Assembly: GCA_965197745.1 (NCBI GenBank)
Contig: CBDANS010000004.1
Span: 64,001-128,000 of the forward strand
DNA length: 64,000 nt
Source: Opitutales bacterium
GTDB taxonomy: Bacteria; Verrucomicrobiota; Verrucomicrobiia; Opitutales; PNEW01
Reading direction: 5' to 3'
In this document: piece by piece, positions 1-9,204 of the stretch
How the letters are laid out: each line of letters begins with the position of its first letter
How positions within the stretch are numbered: position 1 is the first letter of the stretch
Position numbers and translations under genes: made by a program
The notes under the pieces: generated by a model
Database searches by the model: none
Seen by the model: the letters and a program-made list of their open reading frames with translations, nothing else
Told to the model about the DNA's origin: nothing

Positions 1-365
1 TGGAAACTCTTATTAATTTGAATAAAGCTGGTGTAAATACGGCTGTACTATCAGATGTGCCATATGGAATGCCTCGAGATTTTCTGCTAGAAGATCTAGG
101 CGATTTGACTGCCCATCTCGACATTGTGCTAAGTTCATGTGATGTCGGTATTCGAAAACCTAATCCTAGAGGACTTTTATCGCTGATGAAACAATTCAAT
201 CACAGACCCGAGCAGGTTGTCTATGTAGGGAATGAAGAAAAGGACATAGGTTGTGCGACTGGGGCTAAAGTTAGATCAGTGCTGTTAAGCCATCATAATC
301 CTATAGACTACGGCCAGACTTACTCTGTGAATAAGCTTTCCGATATATTAAAAATTGTGCTTTAA
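1..365 (+). CDS. HAD-superfamily hydrolase (5' end outside window)
   Basis: Frame is open to the window edge; motifs LSD, GIRKPNP and VYVGNEEKDI-GA correspond to HAD motifs II-IV. Confidence 0.75.
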   Translation, partial: ETLINLNKAGVNTAVLSDVPYGMPRDFLLEDLGDLTAHLDIVLSSCDVGIRKPNPRGLLSLMKQFNHRPEQVVYVGNEEKDIGCATGAKVRSVLLSHHNPIDYGQTYSVNKLSDILKIVL

Positions 366-480
366 TATGTTTTATCTAAAACCATTTTATTTAATTAATA
401 TTATGAATAACCAGAGCTATGAAAATTATGCAAAATGTGCTGTGCCGATAAATAACAAGGCAATATGCTGGTAAATCAAT

Positions 481-692
481 ATGAATGTAAAAGATCCATT
501 TGACACTGCTTCTCAGGAATATGATCACCCCCCTGCAGAAAATATATAACCTACATCGACATTTTCTATGGTATAGCGATTGAGCAAATACCATTCGACG
601 TAAATGACAGATTTTCAGTATTGGAGTTAGGAGCAGGGACTAGCCTTTTCACAGTGATCACTTCTTTGTATACCTTATTTCCCTTTCACTAA
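481..692 (+). pseudogene. Class I SAM-dependent methyltransferase remnant (frameshifted, truncated)
   Basis: Hand translation: MNVKDPFDTASQEYD, shift at the C6 run 528-533, then RKYITYIDIFYGIAIEQIPFDVNDRFSVLELGAGTSLF (motif I LELGAGT); stop at 690-692. Confidence 0.65.
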
Positions 693-801
693 AATTAAAA
701 TTTCAAGATCACCTGCTTTATTCTTCGATACCTCAATCTATTTAGGTTTATTTCTTAACTGTGTCTAAAGAGGTATCTTTTCTAACTGATCGAGAAAATC
801 T

Positions 802-1830
802 TTAATCGTTAATGACATCTTCAATAACAGCAGCCAATCGATATCCTGCTTGCACGACACGTTCTTTAGCTAATATTGTTCCCATCTCTTTGTAGTCTTG
901 GCTTATAGGAATTTCAGCCGATCCGTTTTCAAGCGTATCCTTCCCTTGAAGTTCTGCCTCTTGCTCTGATATCGCTTTGAGAATCTCTTCAGCGTATACA
1001 AATTCCCGGGCAGCATCGTAACTCTCCTTGAGCCAATTCTCAATATATGTGTCCCGAGAGGCCGTCTTACCCAATGTCGACAAGTTATGGTCAGCGATCC
1101 AGCTATTAGCTTTCTTTCTGAGAATAGATAGCGATTTACCTGTTCCTGCCCTCGAGTCCCATAGAGAGTGCAAATTACCCAATGTAGTGAGTTTAATCGA
1201 ATTGCCACCACGATCACCAGTTGGGAAGCCGTGCTCAGAAAATAATGCCGTTGAATGCAGCGGTTGATGGAGGTCACCGACCAAGTGGAAGATCCAGCAC
1301 AGCTCTATCGCCTTCTCTCTTGATGATGCGGTTGGACGCTTCATACGAGTTGTTGAGCGTATGAGCGCTTGGATAATATTGAGATCTTTAAGTCTCATTC
1401 CCGAAGACCATTCCTTGTCCAGGTCAACGGGAATGTCGTATCCCGCAGCGGGATCGTCTGGATCCTTTTGGAAGTATTTTTTGTCGTCGCAACTTAAAAA
1501 CAACGGCTCGTTGATATAGTGCCAGTAAGAGTGATGGTACTTATCGCGGTTTTCACCCGAGAATCTTCGCACAATGTCCGGCCATGTCGCTGCGTGCGCG
1601 AAGATCCACATGTCTCTGGTTGCCTGGTCAGACATTTCGATTTTTTCCGACATGTGGCCCTCGAAATCTTTGTCGAAGCGCTCGTGCTTCTTTAGGATCT
1701 TTACGACTTTGGTTTGTGCCTGCGCGTCAAGCTGCTCCCATGCAATCAACGCGACCATTCTGTGTCCAGTACTGTTCCAACCTTGAGCAACCCATGGGGT
1801 GATAAAAAAAAGAAGCCCCGTAAGGAACAT
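802..1830 (-). CDS. S1/P1 nuclease family protein, secreted
   Basis: Signal peptide followed by WNSTGH, ATWPD, WHYIN, HLVGDLHQPLH, DRGGN, NLHSLWD and AGYRLA; start placed at MFLTG (the ORF extends to 1896). Confidence 0.92.
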   Translation of the reverse strand: MFLTGLLFFITPWVAQGWNSTGHRMVALIAWEQLDAQAQTKVVKILKKHERFDKDFEGHMSEKIEMSDQATRDMWIFAHAATWPDIVRRFSGENRDKYHHSYWHYINEPLFLSCDDKKYFQKDPDDPAAGYDIPVDLDKEWSSGMRLKDLNIIQALIRSTTRMKRPTASSREKAIELCWIFHLVGDLHQPLHSTALFSEHGFPTGDRGGNSIKLTTLGNLHSLWDSRAGTGKSLSILRKKANSWIADHNLSTLGKTASRDTYIENWLKESYDAAREFVYAEEILKAISEQEAELQGKDTLENGSAEIPISQDYKEMGTILAKERVVQAGYRLAAVIEDVIND

Positions 1831-1892
1831 ATTTATTGTTCGGGTCAATTTATATTCCCTCTTTCGATTAAAATTGACCTTGGCATAAAAAC

Positions 1893-2035
1893 TCACAGAA
1901 CCGTTTTTCGGACTGGGCTGCTCACTGAGCTTTAGGGATTAAACGGTACAGCCAGCCAGTTGAAGAGCATTCGAATGGCCGCTAAGTGTTGTGTGATCGT
2001 TGCTGAGGTAGAATGTTCTCTATGTAACTATTTAC
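1893..2035 (-). pseudogene. Tyrosine recombinase/integrase core-binding-domain remnant
   Basis: Hand translation YIE/HSTSATITQHLAAIRMLFNWLAVPFNP*SSVSSP..KTVL resembles the TVKQHLAAIRMLFDWL...NPAASVRGP...KTPVL segment of XerC/D-like integrases; contains a stop and a frameshift. Confidence 0.7.
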
Positions 2036-2570
2036 ACCCCTCCATATGGCGAGGTTATTTTCCATTTGATGGAATAAATTTGAACTGTAATAGATCTCGT
2101 TAAGACTGTCTTGTGCTCTCTTCCCCTTACTCACTCAGCGGAGCATTGTTTTGAGAGATAAAATACAACATCAAACTCACCCTTTATTTTCCAAATCTTC
2201 ATTAGTTATCATGAATTGCTAATAAAAATAGACATTACTCAAGTTAATGACATTATGAAACCGGAATGGACACCGTATTGGTGTGAAAGCGAATTTTTAC
2301 CCAAACAACCCCTATAAAGGGCTTGAATTTCTTTATCCGCCATATGCCAGATTTAATAACAAATCTCGGGAATTATACACTTGACTCCATTTCGCTATTT
2401 TCGGTCCATTTTTTTGAAATTAATCCCCCGATTCGCATCCAAGGAACATTGCTGTTGGAAGTTCTTTTTGACCCGGTAGACCATCTCTTCCTGCATTGAG
2501 GGGAACTGATTGTGTGGCAAACAGAAAAGCCATGGATCGTAAACGAGACGGTTTAGTTTATTTATATAGG

Positions 2571-2930
2571 ATGAGACACAAAGCATACGTTCTAAACACT
2601 GCAATTCTGGTGTTGGTATTTGCCTCAGTGGTAGCGGCTGAGGAAGCAGAGAGGAAACAACTGCGGTTGGAGGCAGAGAAAGGGAACGCCAGTGCCCAAT
2701 TCAACCTTGGAGTGATGTATTTCAACGGCAGAGGTGTTCCCCAAGACTATGTACAAGCCCATAAGTGGCTTAACTTGGTCGCTTCACGAAGTAATACAGA
2801 GAAATCGAAAGACTCCCGATTAGCAAGAGACGGACTGGCAAAGGAGATGACTGCTTTATAAGTTGCCGAAGCCCAGCGGTTGGCGCGGGAATGGCAGCCA
2901 AAGACCTGGGAGCAACTGAAGGGTGAGTAA
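2571..2930 (+). pseudogene. Sel1-repeat protein with premature in-frame TAA (2859-2861)
   Basis: AEKGNASAQFNLGVMYFNGRGVPQDYVQAHKWLNL is a Sel1 repeat; after the stop the frame continues VAEAQRLAREWQPK, the usual C-terminus of these proteins. Confidence 0.8.
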
Positions 2931-3220
2931 GTCTTATCGTTGATCAGATAACCATTGGACGCGACCCCCTAAAATCGTATAAAGCACCTGAGATTATTAT
3001 GCTGAAAATTACCTCCGCCACATACGGGGTAATGGATTATCGATTGATGAGGGATGTGTATTTTTACCCCCCGCCCCCCTAAATTATCAGGGGTAAAGTA
3101 ATTAATTTCAGTCAGCGTTATCCTTGGATATCGGCGAATCTATTGTAACTGTCATTGTAACTTTGACTATATCCTGAACCTTATAATCCATAAGATACAG
3201 GTAAACAATATCTTACAAAA

Positions 3221-3244
3221 TGGTGGTGGGAACAGGATTCGAAC
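3221..3244 (-). other. tRNA 3'-end fragment (T-loop to CCA), att-like scar; Tyr-like end
   Basis: Reverse complement GTTCGAATCCTGTTCCCACCACCA; no pairing 5' T-stem or acceptor half is present upstream. Confidence 0.75.
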
Positions 3245-3533
3245 GCTTGTTATAGCGCGGGGACTGGGCAAGAAGGAGGGCAGGTGGGACGACCAGGAGT
3301 AACACGATCGATAGATTTTTAGTAACGCGTATGTTCACTATTTATTGGAATGTTCAAATGTTGATGGAACATTTTTATCAATATTCAAACGAGGGTCAAG
3401 GTCATCGATATCACCTGATATCATAAAGTTACAGAAAACAGGCAGGTCAGATATACGATTCCCTGGCGCTAGATGACAGGGTTTTTTTATACTGGACAGC
3501 GTTTAAGTCCAAAGGCACCGTCTTTTAAATCTA

Positions 3534-6116
3534 ATGAAACACCTATTAATAATTCTGTTATCTTTTTTCGTAACTCTATCCTATACGGGGTGCATTGAAA
3601 GTGAAGCACAGAAACCGGAAGCCATCACTTGGGAGGAACTCCCCGAGCTTCCGAACACGGTTGGCCTGGGGGGCGCATTTGCCGGTGTCAGCAACGGCGC
3701 TCTGATCGTTGCCGGGGGGGCAAATTTCCCCGATAAACCCGAGTGGGAGGGGGGAACAAAAGTCTGGTATGATGCTATATATATTTTAACTCCTGAAAAC
3801 AAAGAGAAGGAGTGGTTGACCGGATTCAAACTTAATCAACCGCTCGCTTATGGAGCATCGGTAAGCACCGGAGACAGCCTGATCCTGATTGGCGGCAGCG
3901 ATGCCGCGAGCAGTTATAACACCGTCACTCAATTGACATGGAAACCCGAAGTTCAGGAGATTGAGCAAGTAACGCTTCCATCGTTGCCGCACCCGATATC
4001 CCATACCGATGCAGCAAAGATTGGGAATACCCTGTACGTGGCAGGTGGCCAGATCGGTGGAGCAAGCGCCGGTCCTTCAAACGTTTTCTGGTCTCTTGAT
4101 CTAAGCAACAATGAAGCTCAATGGATGGTATTAGAATCCTGGGAAGGACCCGCCCGGAGGAAGGCGATTGTTACGGCGCAGAATGAGGGAGACAGAACCT
4201 ATTTATATATCATCGGAGGCGAAGATCAGATTGATGCGGGAGACGGTAATATTAAGACCCAACCTTTGACGGACGGATACCGTTATTCGCTAAGGTATAA
4301 GCAATGGGAGCGTATTGCCGATGCTCCGCACCCGGTAACGTCAGCGGCTGGGTTATCTTACGGGCAATCGCACATCCTCGTCTTTGGTGGAGCCACGGGA
4401 GAATACCTTGGTCAGATTCTGGGGGATGATCACCCTGGTTTTTCTCCCGACCTTCTCGTCTATCACACGATTACCGACACCTGGTTAATCAAAGATGAGA
4501 TCCCTACAAGTGTAGTCACCACTAATGCGGTGTCATGGGGAGGAGGGATAGCCCTGACGAGTGGTGAGGTTCGGCCCAGCAGGAGAACACCCAAGGTCCA
4601 GCTCATGATACATGACACTGGCGCGCGCGCAACCTTTGGGATTATCAATTACACCTTTCTCATTTTATACATGATAGGCCTGGTATACATGGGGCTTTAT
4701 TTTTCAAAGCGGGAGAAGGGAACGGATGATTACTTCCTTGCCGGCCGCCGCGTGCCCTGGTGGGCCTCAGGACTCAGCGTCATGGGGACTGGGCTCAGCG
4801 CGCTCACTTATATTTCTCTACCGGCATTAGTTTATGGCACAGACTGGTTTTCTTATCCCGGAGTAATCGGACTCTTACTTGTTCCCATAGTTACTATCTA
4901 CTTTTATCTGCCGTTTTTCAGAAGGCTTAACATCGTCACCGCTTTCGAATATCTAGAAAAACGTTTTAACCTCCCGGTCCGCTTATACGGTAGCGCACAG
5001 TTTATCGTCTTTCAATTGGTACGAATCAGTATCGTGTTGTATTTACCCGCCATCGTTCTCTCCACGATCACCGGCATTAATATTTATCTGTGTATCCTTT
5101 CGATGGGACTGCTGAGCACCTTTTATACCGTGCTCGGCGGGATAGAAGCGGTGGTCTGGACGGATGTATTTCAAGTCATTATTTTCTTTGGTGGGATCAT
5201 CGTGGCTCTCGTGATAATTTCCTTTCATATCGATGGCGGTGTTATCGAGATGTTCAAAACGGGAATGGCTGATGATAAATTCCGCATCTTTTATCTGAAG
5301 TGGGATATAACTGCGACTACCTTTTGGGTAGTTGTTGTTGGCGGTGGATTTGGGACCTTAATTCAGTACACCTCTGATCAATCGATGATCCAAAGGTATC
5401 TTACAACAAAGGATGAAAAGGCGGCCGCCAAGGGGTTATGGCTAAACGTAGCGATGACTATTCCTACCGGTTTATTATTTTACTGTATGGGAACCGCGCT
5501 TTATGTCTTTTACAATTCCCACCCTTCAAATGTTAACCTGGGAATGCAGAATGATGCGATTTTCCCTTTATTTATATCACAGAAAATTCCCGTGGGTCTT
5601 GCGGGGCTGTTGATTGCCGCTATTTTTTCCGCGGCGATGTCCAGCCTGGACAGCGGGATGAACTCGATGGCCACGGCTTTTGTCACCGATTTTTACAGGC
5701 GATTCAAACCAAACGCTTCGGAGCACAGTTGTTTAAATCTCGCTCGCTGGGCCACTTTAATTATCGGCGTATTTGCCACTGCGGTTGCCTTACTCATGGT
5801 AACCTTTGACATCAAGTCCGCATCTCTCTTTTTCACTTCAATCCTTGGACTATTCAGCAGTGGGTTGGCGGGGCTATTTGCCCTGGGTATTTTTACAAAA
5901 CGGTCACAGGGAATCGGCGCTTTTATTGGAGCGATCACGAGCGCAATAGCTCTATTTTTTATAAAATACTACACACCGATCAATTTTTATCTCTACGCAT
6001 TTCTTGGATTTGTCGTCTGTTTCATCGTGGGATACCTCGCGAGCCTGATAATTCCGGAGAGAGAAAAATCCATGGAGGGGCTAACCCTCTATACCGCTTT
6101 ACCAAGAGAGGATTAA
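3534..6116 (+). CDS. Kelch-repeat (NanM mutarotase-like) domain fused to sodium:solute symporter (SSS/SLC5, SiaT-like)
   Basis: Signal peptide with possible lipobox Cys20; Kelch GG motifs (VAGGANFP, LIGG, VAGG, IIGG, VFGG); from about aa 368 SSS motifs DYFLAGR.PWW, EYLEKRF, GGIEAVVWTD, DQ..IQRY, AAMSSLDSG.NS. Confidence 0.9.
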   Translation: MKHLLIILLSFFVTLSYTGCIESEAQKPEAITWEELPELPNTVGLGGAFAGVSNGALIVAGGANFPDKPEWEGGTKVWYDAIYILTPENKEKEWLTGFKLNQPLAYGASVSTGDSLILIGGSDAASSYNTVTQLTWKPEVQEIEQVTLPSLPHPISHTDAAKIGNTLYVAGGQIGGASAGPSNVFWSLDLSNNEAQWMVLESWEGPARRKAIVTAQNEGDRTYLYIIGGEDQIDAGDGNIKTQPLTDGYRYSLRYKQWERIADAPHPVTSAAGLSYGQSHILVFGGATGEYLGQILGDDHPGFSPDLLVYHTITDTWLIKDEIPTSVVTTNAVSWGGGIALTSGEVRPSRRTPKVQLMIHDTGARATFGIINYTFLILYMIGLVYMGLYFSKREKGTDDYFLAGRRVPWWASGLSVMGTGLSALTYISLPALVYGTDWFSYPGVIGLLLVPIVTIYFYLPFFRRLNIVTAFEYLEKRFNLPVRLYGSAQFIVFQLVRISIVLYLPAIVLSTITGINIYLCILSMGLLSTFYTVLGGIEAVVWTDVFQVIIFFGGIIVALVIISFHIDGGVIEMFKTGMADDKFRIFYLKWDITATTFWVVVVGGGFGTLIQYTSDQSMIQRYLTTKDEKAAAKGLWLNVAMTIPTGLLFYCMGTALYVFYNSHPSNVNLGMQNDAIFPLFISQKIPVGLAGLLIAAIFSAAMSSLDSGMNSMATAFVTDFYRRFKPNASEHSCLNLARWATLIIGVFATAVALLMVTFDIKSASLFFTSILGLFSSGLAGLFALGIFTKRSQGIGAFIGAITSAIALFFIKYYTPINFYLYAFLGFVVCFIVGYLASLIIPEREKSMEGLTLYTALPRED

Positions 6117-6120
6117 GACA

Positions 6121-6184
6121 GTGAACAGTGAAGAGTGAAGAGTGAAGAGTGAAGAGTGAAGAGTGAAGAGTGAAGAGTGAAGAG
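6121..6184 (+). repeat. 7-bp tandem repeat (GTGAAGA) x9
   Basis: GTGAACA followed by 8 perfect GTGAAGA units, 5 bp after the symporter stop. Confidence 0.95.
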
Positions 6185-6240
6185 TTTTAGGTAAGAATAT
6201 ACATCAAACAGGTTGAGGTCCATTTTCAATTGATTCTCTT

Positions 6241-6275
6241 TGTTATCGCGAGGCTGCTTGTCAGCAGTGGCTACC
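6241..6275 (+). repeat. Degenerate copy of REP-like family B
   Basis: TGTTATCGCGAGGCTGCTTGTCAGCAGTGGC resembles the reverse complement of 24473-24511. Confidence 0.6.
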
Positions 6276-6661
6276 GAGGGTATTTACCCGACATCTTCCA
6301 CTCCAGGGAAATGTCGGACGCTCTTTAATAAAAAGCTTCGTCTTCGTCTGAGTCCTCGTCGCCTCCCCGGATATTAATTCATTATCAAGTAGGAACGCGC
6401 TGCCCCCATGCGTTTATATGTGTAGTAAGTTAGAAGCTTGTTGGGGACCAACCGACTTTCCGCAGTAGCTGGACTATGGCTGGCAGGTGCCTCGTTCCAT
6501 CTTAACCCTTAAAACTTAACACCCCTGGCACGCCATAGAGAAGTGACGGCGGTTAACACTGAACGATAGAACACCAGGGACTGTTAAATTGAGAATCATA
6601 ATCGTATGAAAGCATATTCAAGAGGAAGGATCTATAAATAAATCAGACCTCGGCTTTATAA

Positions 6662-7977
6662 TTAGAACTTAAGTTCTAACTGCATAAGAAATTCATTATT
6701 GGTAATATCCCCAATCGGAGCATCATTTAACCTGGAACCTGATTGATGCCCGATAGTTTCATCATTTCCCATGTATTCGAATCGCAACCTTGTTGAGTTG
6801 ATTAAATCAAAATTAGCTCCAAGTAACCAACGCTGGCGGTCCCAGGTTACCGGAGCCGCGAGTTGGTTGTCATAGCGGTCGTCGACATCATAATCTTCAT
6901 AACGAATGAAGGGTTGAAGGCCGGTGAACCATTGTGCATTTCCGAAGGATGTACCAGGTAGTTTAAATTTTAATGAGAGTTCACTATACCAGGTATCGCG
7001 ATCTATATAACTGTCCTTGGCATCGATATACTCGAAAATGCCTTTCAGTCCTATATTGTTGAATGTATTACTGTAAATAGCACGAAAGCCTAATTGTTCT
7101 TTTTCCGTGTCAATGGTTGAAGGATGGATGAGACCATTGGCATCAAAAAATTCTTCGAGAATCATGTTCAGTCCAGAATTTACTTCATTCTCATTGATTT
7201 CCCCGTTTATATACCAGACCCGCGCGTCAAGCATACCTAATGAACCTAAGTTTGGCGTTATACCCAGACCTAAACCCCATTGCAGGGGACTGTCGCGGCC
7301 TCGCTCGAAATCGTTGTCATCCTGCACGATTTCGTTGGCCTTGATTAAGTTCTCACTCAATGCATTGTCTGTGTCGTTTACATTATAGCTATTACCGAGC
7401 ATCGCATCCCAGTAGAGCCATTTATGATTCATCCCAAAGCTGTGCATCCCATGGAAACGAATTTGAGAAAATTCATCACGCCAGAAAGCGGCTCCGCCGA
7501 TGGGGTAGGTTTGCGCATAAGCGGTGTCGACATGGGCAAAGCTTTCAAAAAATTCTATTTCATAAAAAATCCATAGTTCCACACGACCTTCATGTAAATA
7601 TCGGCCTTATCCATATCGAAGGTTTGCCGGTAGCTGCCATTAAAGAGATCTACGGCATCGGGTCGCCGGTCTATTTCGCTCGTTTTAAATTCCAATTCCA
7701 GTTCCCCGCCGATTTCTAATCGCTTTTTCTTCACTGATAGCATCTCGGGGTTGTCGGTAACCGGTGGTGTAAGGTTCCTGGCTGATGGCCTGGCCTCCAT
7801 CTGCCTTAATAAACCTTCTATGCGGTCGATTTTTTTTGATTGTGCTTCCATGATCTTTTTTAATTCAACCAATTCGTCTTTAATATCATCGATTGATTTT
7901 CCATCTTGGGCCCAAACCCCAAAGGTCAAAAAGAAAGACCATAATAGCGTTATTATCCAACGAAGCTTTTTCATCAT
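6662..7977 (-). pseudogene. Outer-membrane beta-barrel/porin-like protein, split by a frameshift near 7555-7570
   Basis: Upstream ORF has a signal peptide, a coiled coil and a first strand; downstream ORF has alternating beta-strand patterns and ends in F (QLELKF); one extra base joins them into about 438 aa. Confidence 0.7.
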
Positions 7978-8217
7978 GAGAGGTATTTTAATTTTTAAAT
8001 GATTTGCGAAGTTTCTTAAGTGAAGCACAGCTATTATTCAATGAAGAAAAGATAAATGAAAGAGGTCAAAGAACTGATTTATTTATGGTAAGATTAATTA
8101 ATTTTAGATAGTGACGATCTTAATGGTGAGACAAGTCGTGATAACAAGGAGAGGTAGAGTTAATACGAACTCCTTGGCGCTTGACTTGAGAGCGGGACAA
8201 AAGGCACACTTTGATTT

Positions 8218-9204
8218 ATGCATATAGGGCGCGAGCGTGAATTCCTCCTTTTTGGCTTGTCCCCGGAGAGAAAATCATGGCGTGGCGTGGGATTGCTGGC
8301 CGGCGTGTTATTGGGCACTCTATTTATCGCTGCGATTATCAGTCCCTGGGTCTACTGGGGAGTCGTGGCCTGGGCTAAAGCGTCCCCTAATGAGTTAAAT
8401 CTATACCTTGCGGATAAAGATTTCCCCCGTTATTTTGACCGCCTGCGTTGGCTGTCTGTTATCCTGCTCTTACCCTGGCTTCTAAAACGTTGCGGACTTC
8501 TCTCCTGGTCCTCTCTGGGGTACGCATCTAATCGACGTGAATGGCGATCAGCCATAAACTGGTTTGGGGTGGGTCTGGCGACGCTTGCCATCGTCGCCAT
8601 AGTCCAGAATTTTACGGTGGGATTAAATATAAAATTATCGCTTATCTCGGGTGAATTTTTTGCCGTATTATTAATGGGGTTAATGAGTGGGTTATTAGTA
8701 GCGTTCGTCGAAGAAACAGTTTTTCGAGGAGTTGTCCTTAGAATGTTTTATACGGCTATAAGCCCAATCATTGCCGTGATCGTAAGCGCATTACTATTCG
8801 CGGCACTCCATTTCAAAAAAGTACCCGGCAGTCTATGGATTGATGATACGGTTTCCCTTGGTAGCGGGTTTTACGTTGGGTTATGGGTATTGCTTAGCGT
8901 GATCACGACCTTCGAGTTATTTAAATTTATCAATCTCTTTTTTGTCGGGTTAATATTAAATATCCTTTTTTTAAAAACCCGATCATTGTTGCCTTGTATA
9001 GGGTTACACGCCGGGTGGGTGTGTTTCCGCGCGGTATACCATAAATTAGTGGAAACAAATAATGAAGCATCACCTTTTATCTGGGGGAGTGAGACCGTAA
9101 TCGACGGTGTTTTCCCAACTTTTATTATGGGATTATTTGTTGTAGCATTAGGGTCCCGCTATTTTCATGAAGGGCGTGGGATTAAAAATAAGTCTGTGGA
9201 CTGA
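8218..9204 (+). CDS. CPBP (CAAX/Abi) intramembrane glutamic endopeptidase
   Basis: EETVFRG, FAALH and IGLHAGW motifs; multiple TM helices. Confidence 0.88.
   Translation: MHIGREREFLLFGLSPERKSWRGVGLLAGVLLGTLFIAAIISPWVYWGVVAWAKASPNELNLYLADKDFPRYFDRLRWLSVILLLPWLLKRCGLLSWSSLGYASNRREWRSAINWFGVGLATLAIVAIVQNFTVGLNIKLSLISGEFFAVLLMGLMSGLLVAFVEETVFRGVVLRMFYTAISPIIAVIVSALLFAALHFKKVPGSLWIDDTVSLGSGFYVGLWVLLSVITTFELFKFINLFFVGLILNILFLKTRSLLPCIGLHAGWVCFRAVYHKLVETNNEASPFIWGSETVIDGVFPTFIMGLFVVALGSRYFHEGRGIKNKSVD

Noticed and set aside
2395..2604. 69-aa minus-strand ORF and other short overlapping ORFs in the track
   Set aside because: No recognisable motifs; most overlap better-supported genes.
2940..3075. 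Possible integrase C-terminal relic (LRH-containing frame)
   Set aside because: Resemblance is too short and weak to support.
3221..3310. Possible complete minus-strand tRNA
   Set aside because: No 5' T-stem, anticodon arm or acceptor complement; kept only as a 3' fragment.
6121..6184. Repeat array as CRISPR
   Set aside because: Contiguous 7-mers without spacers; no cas genes in the window.
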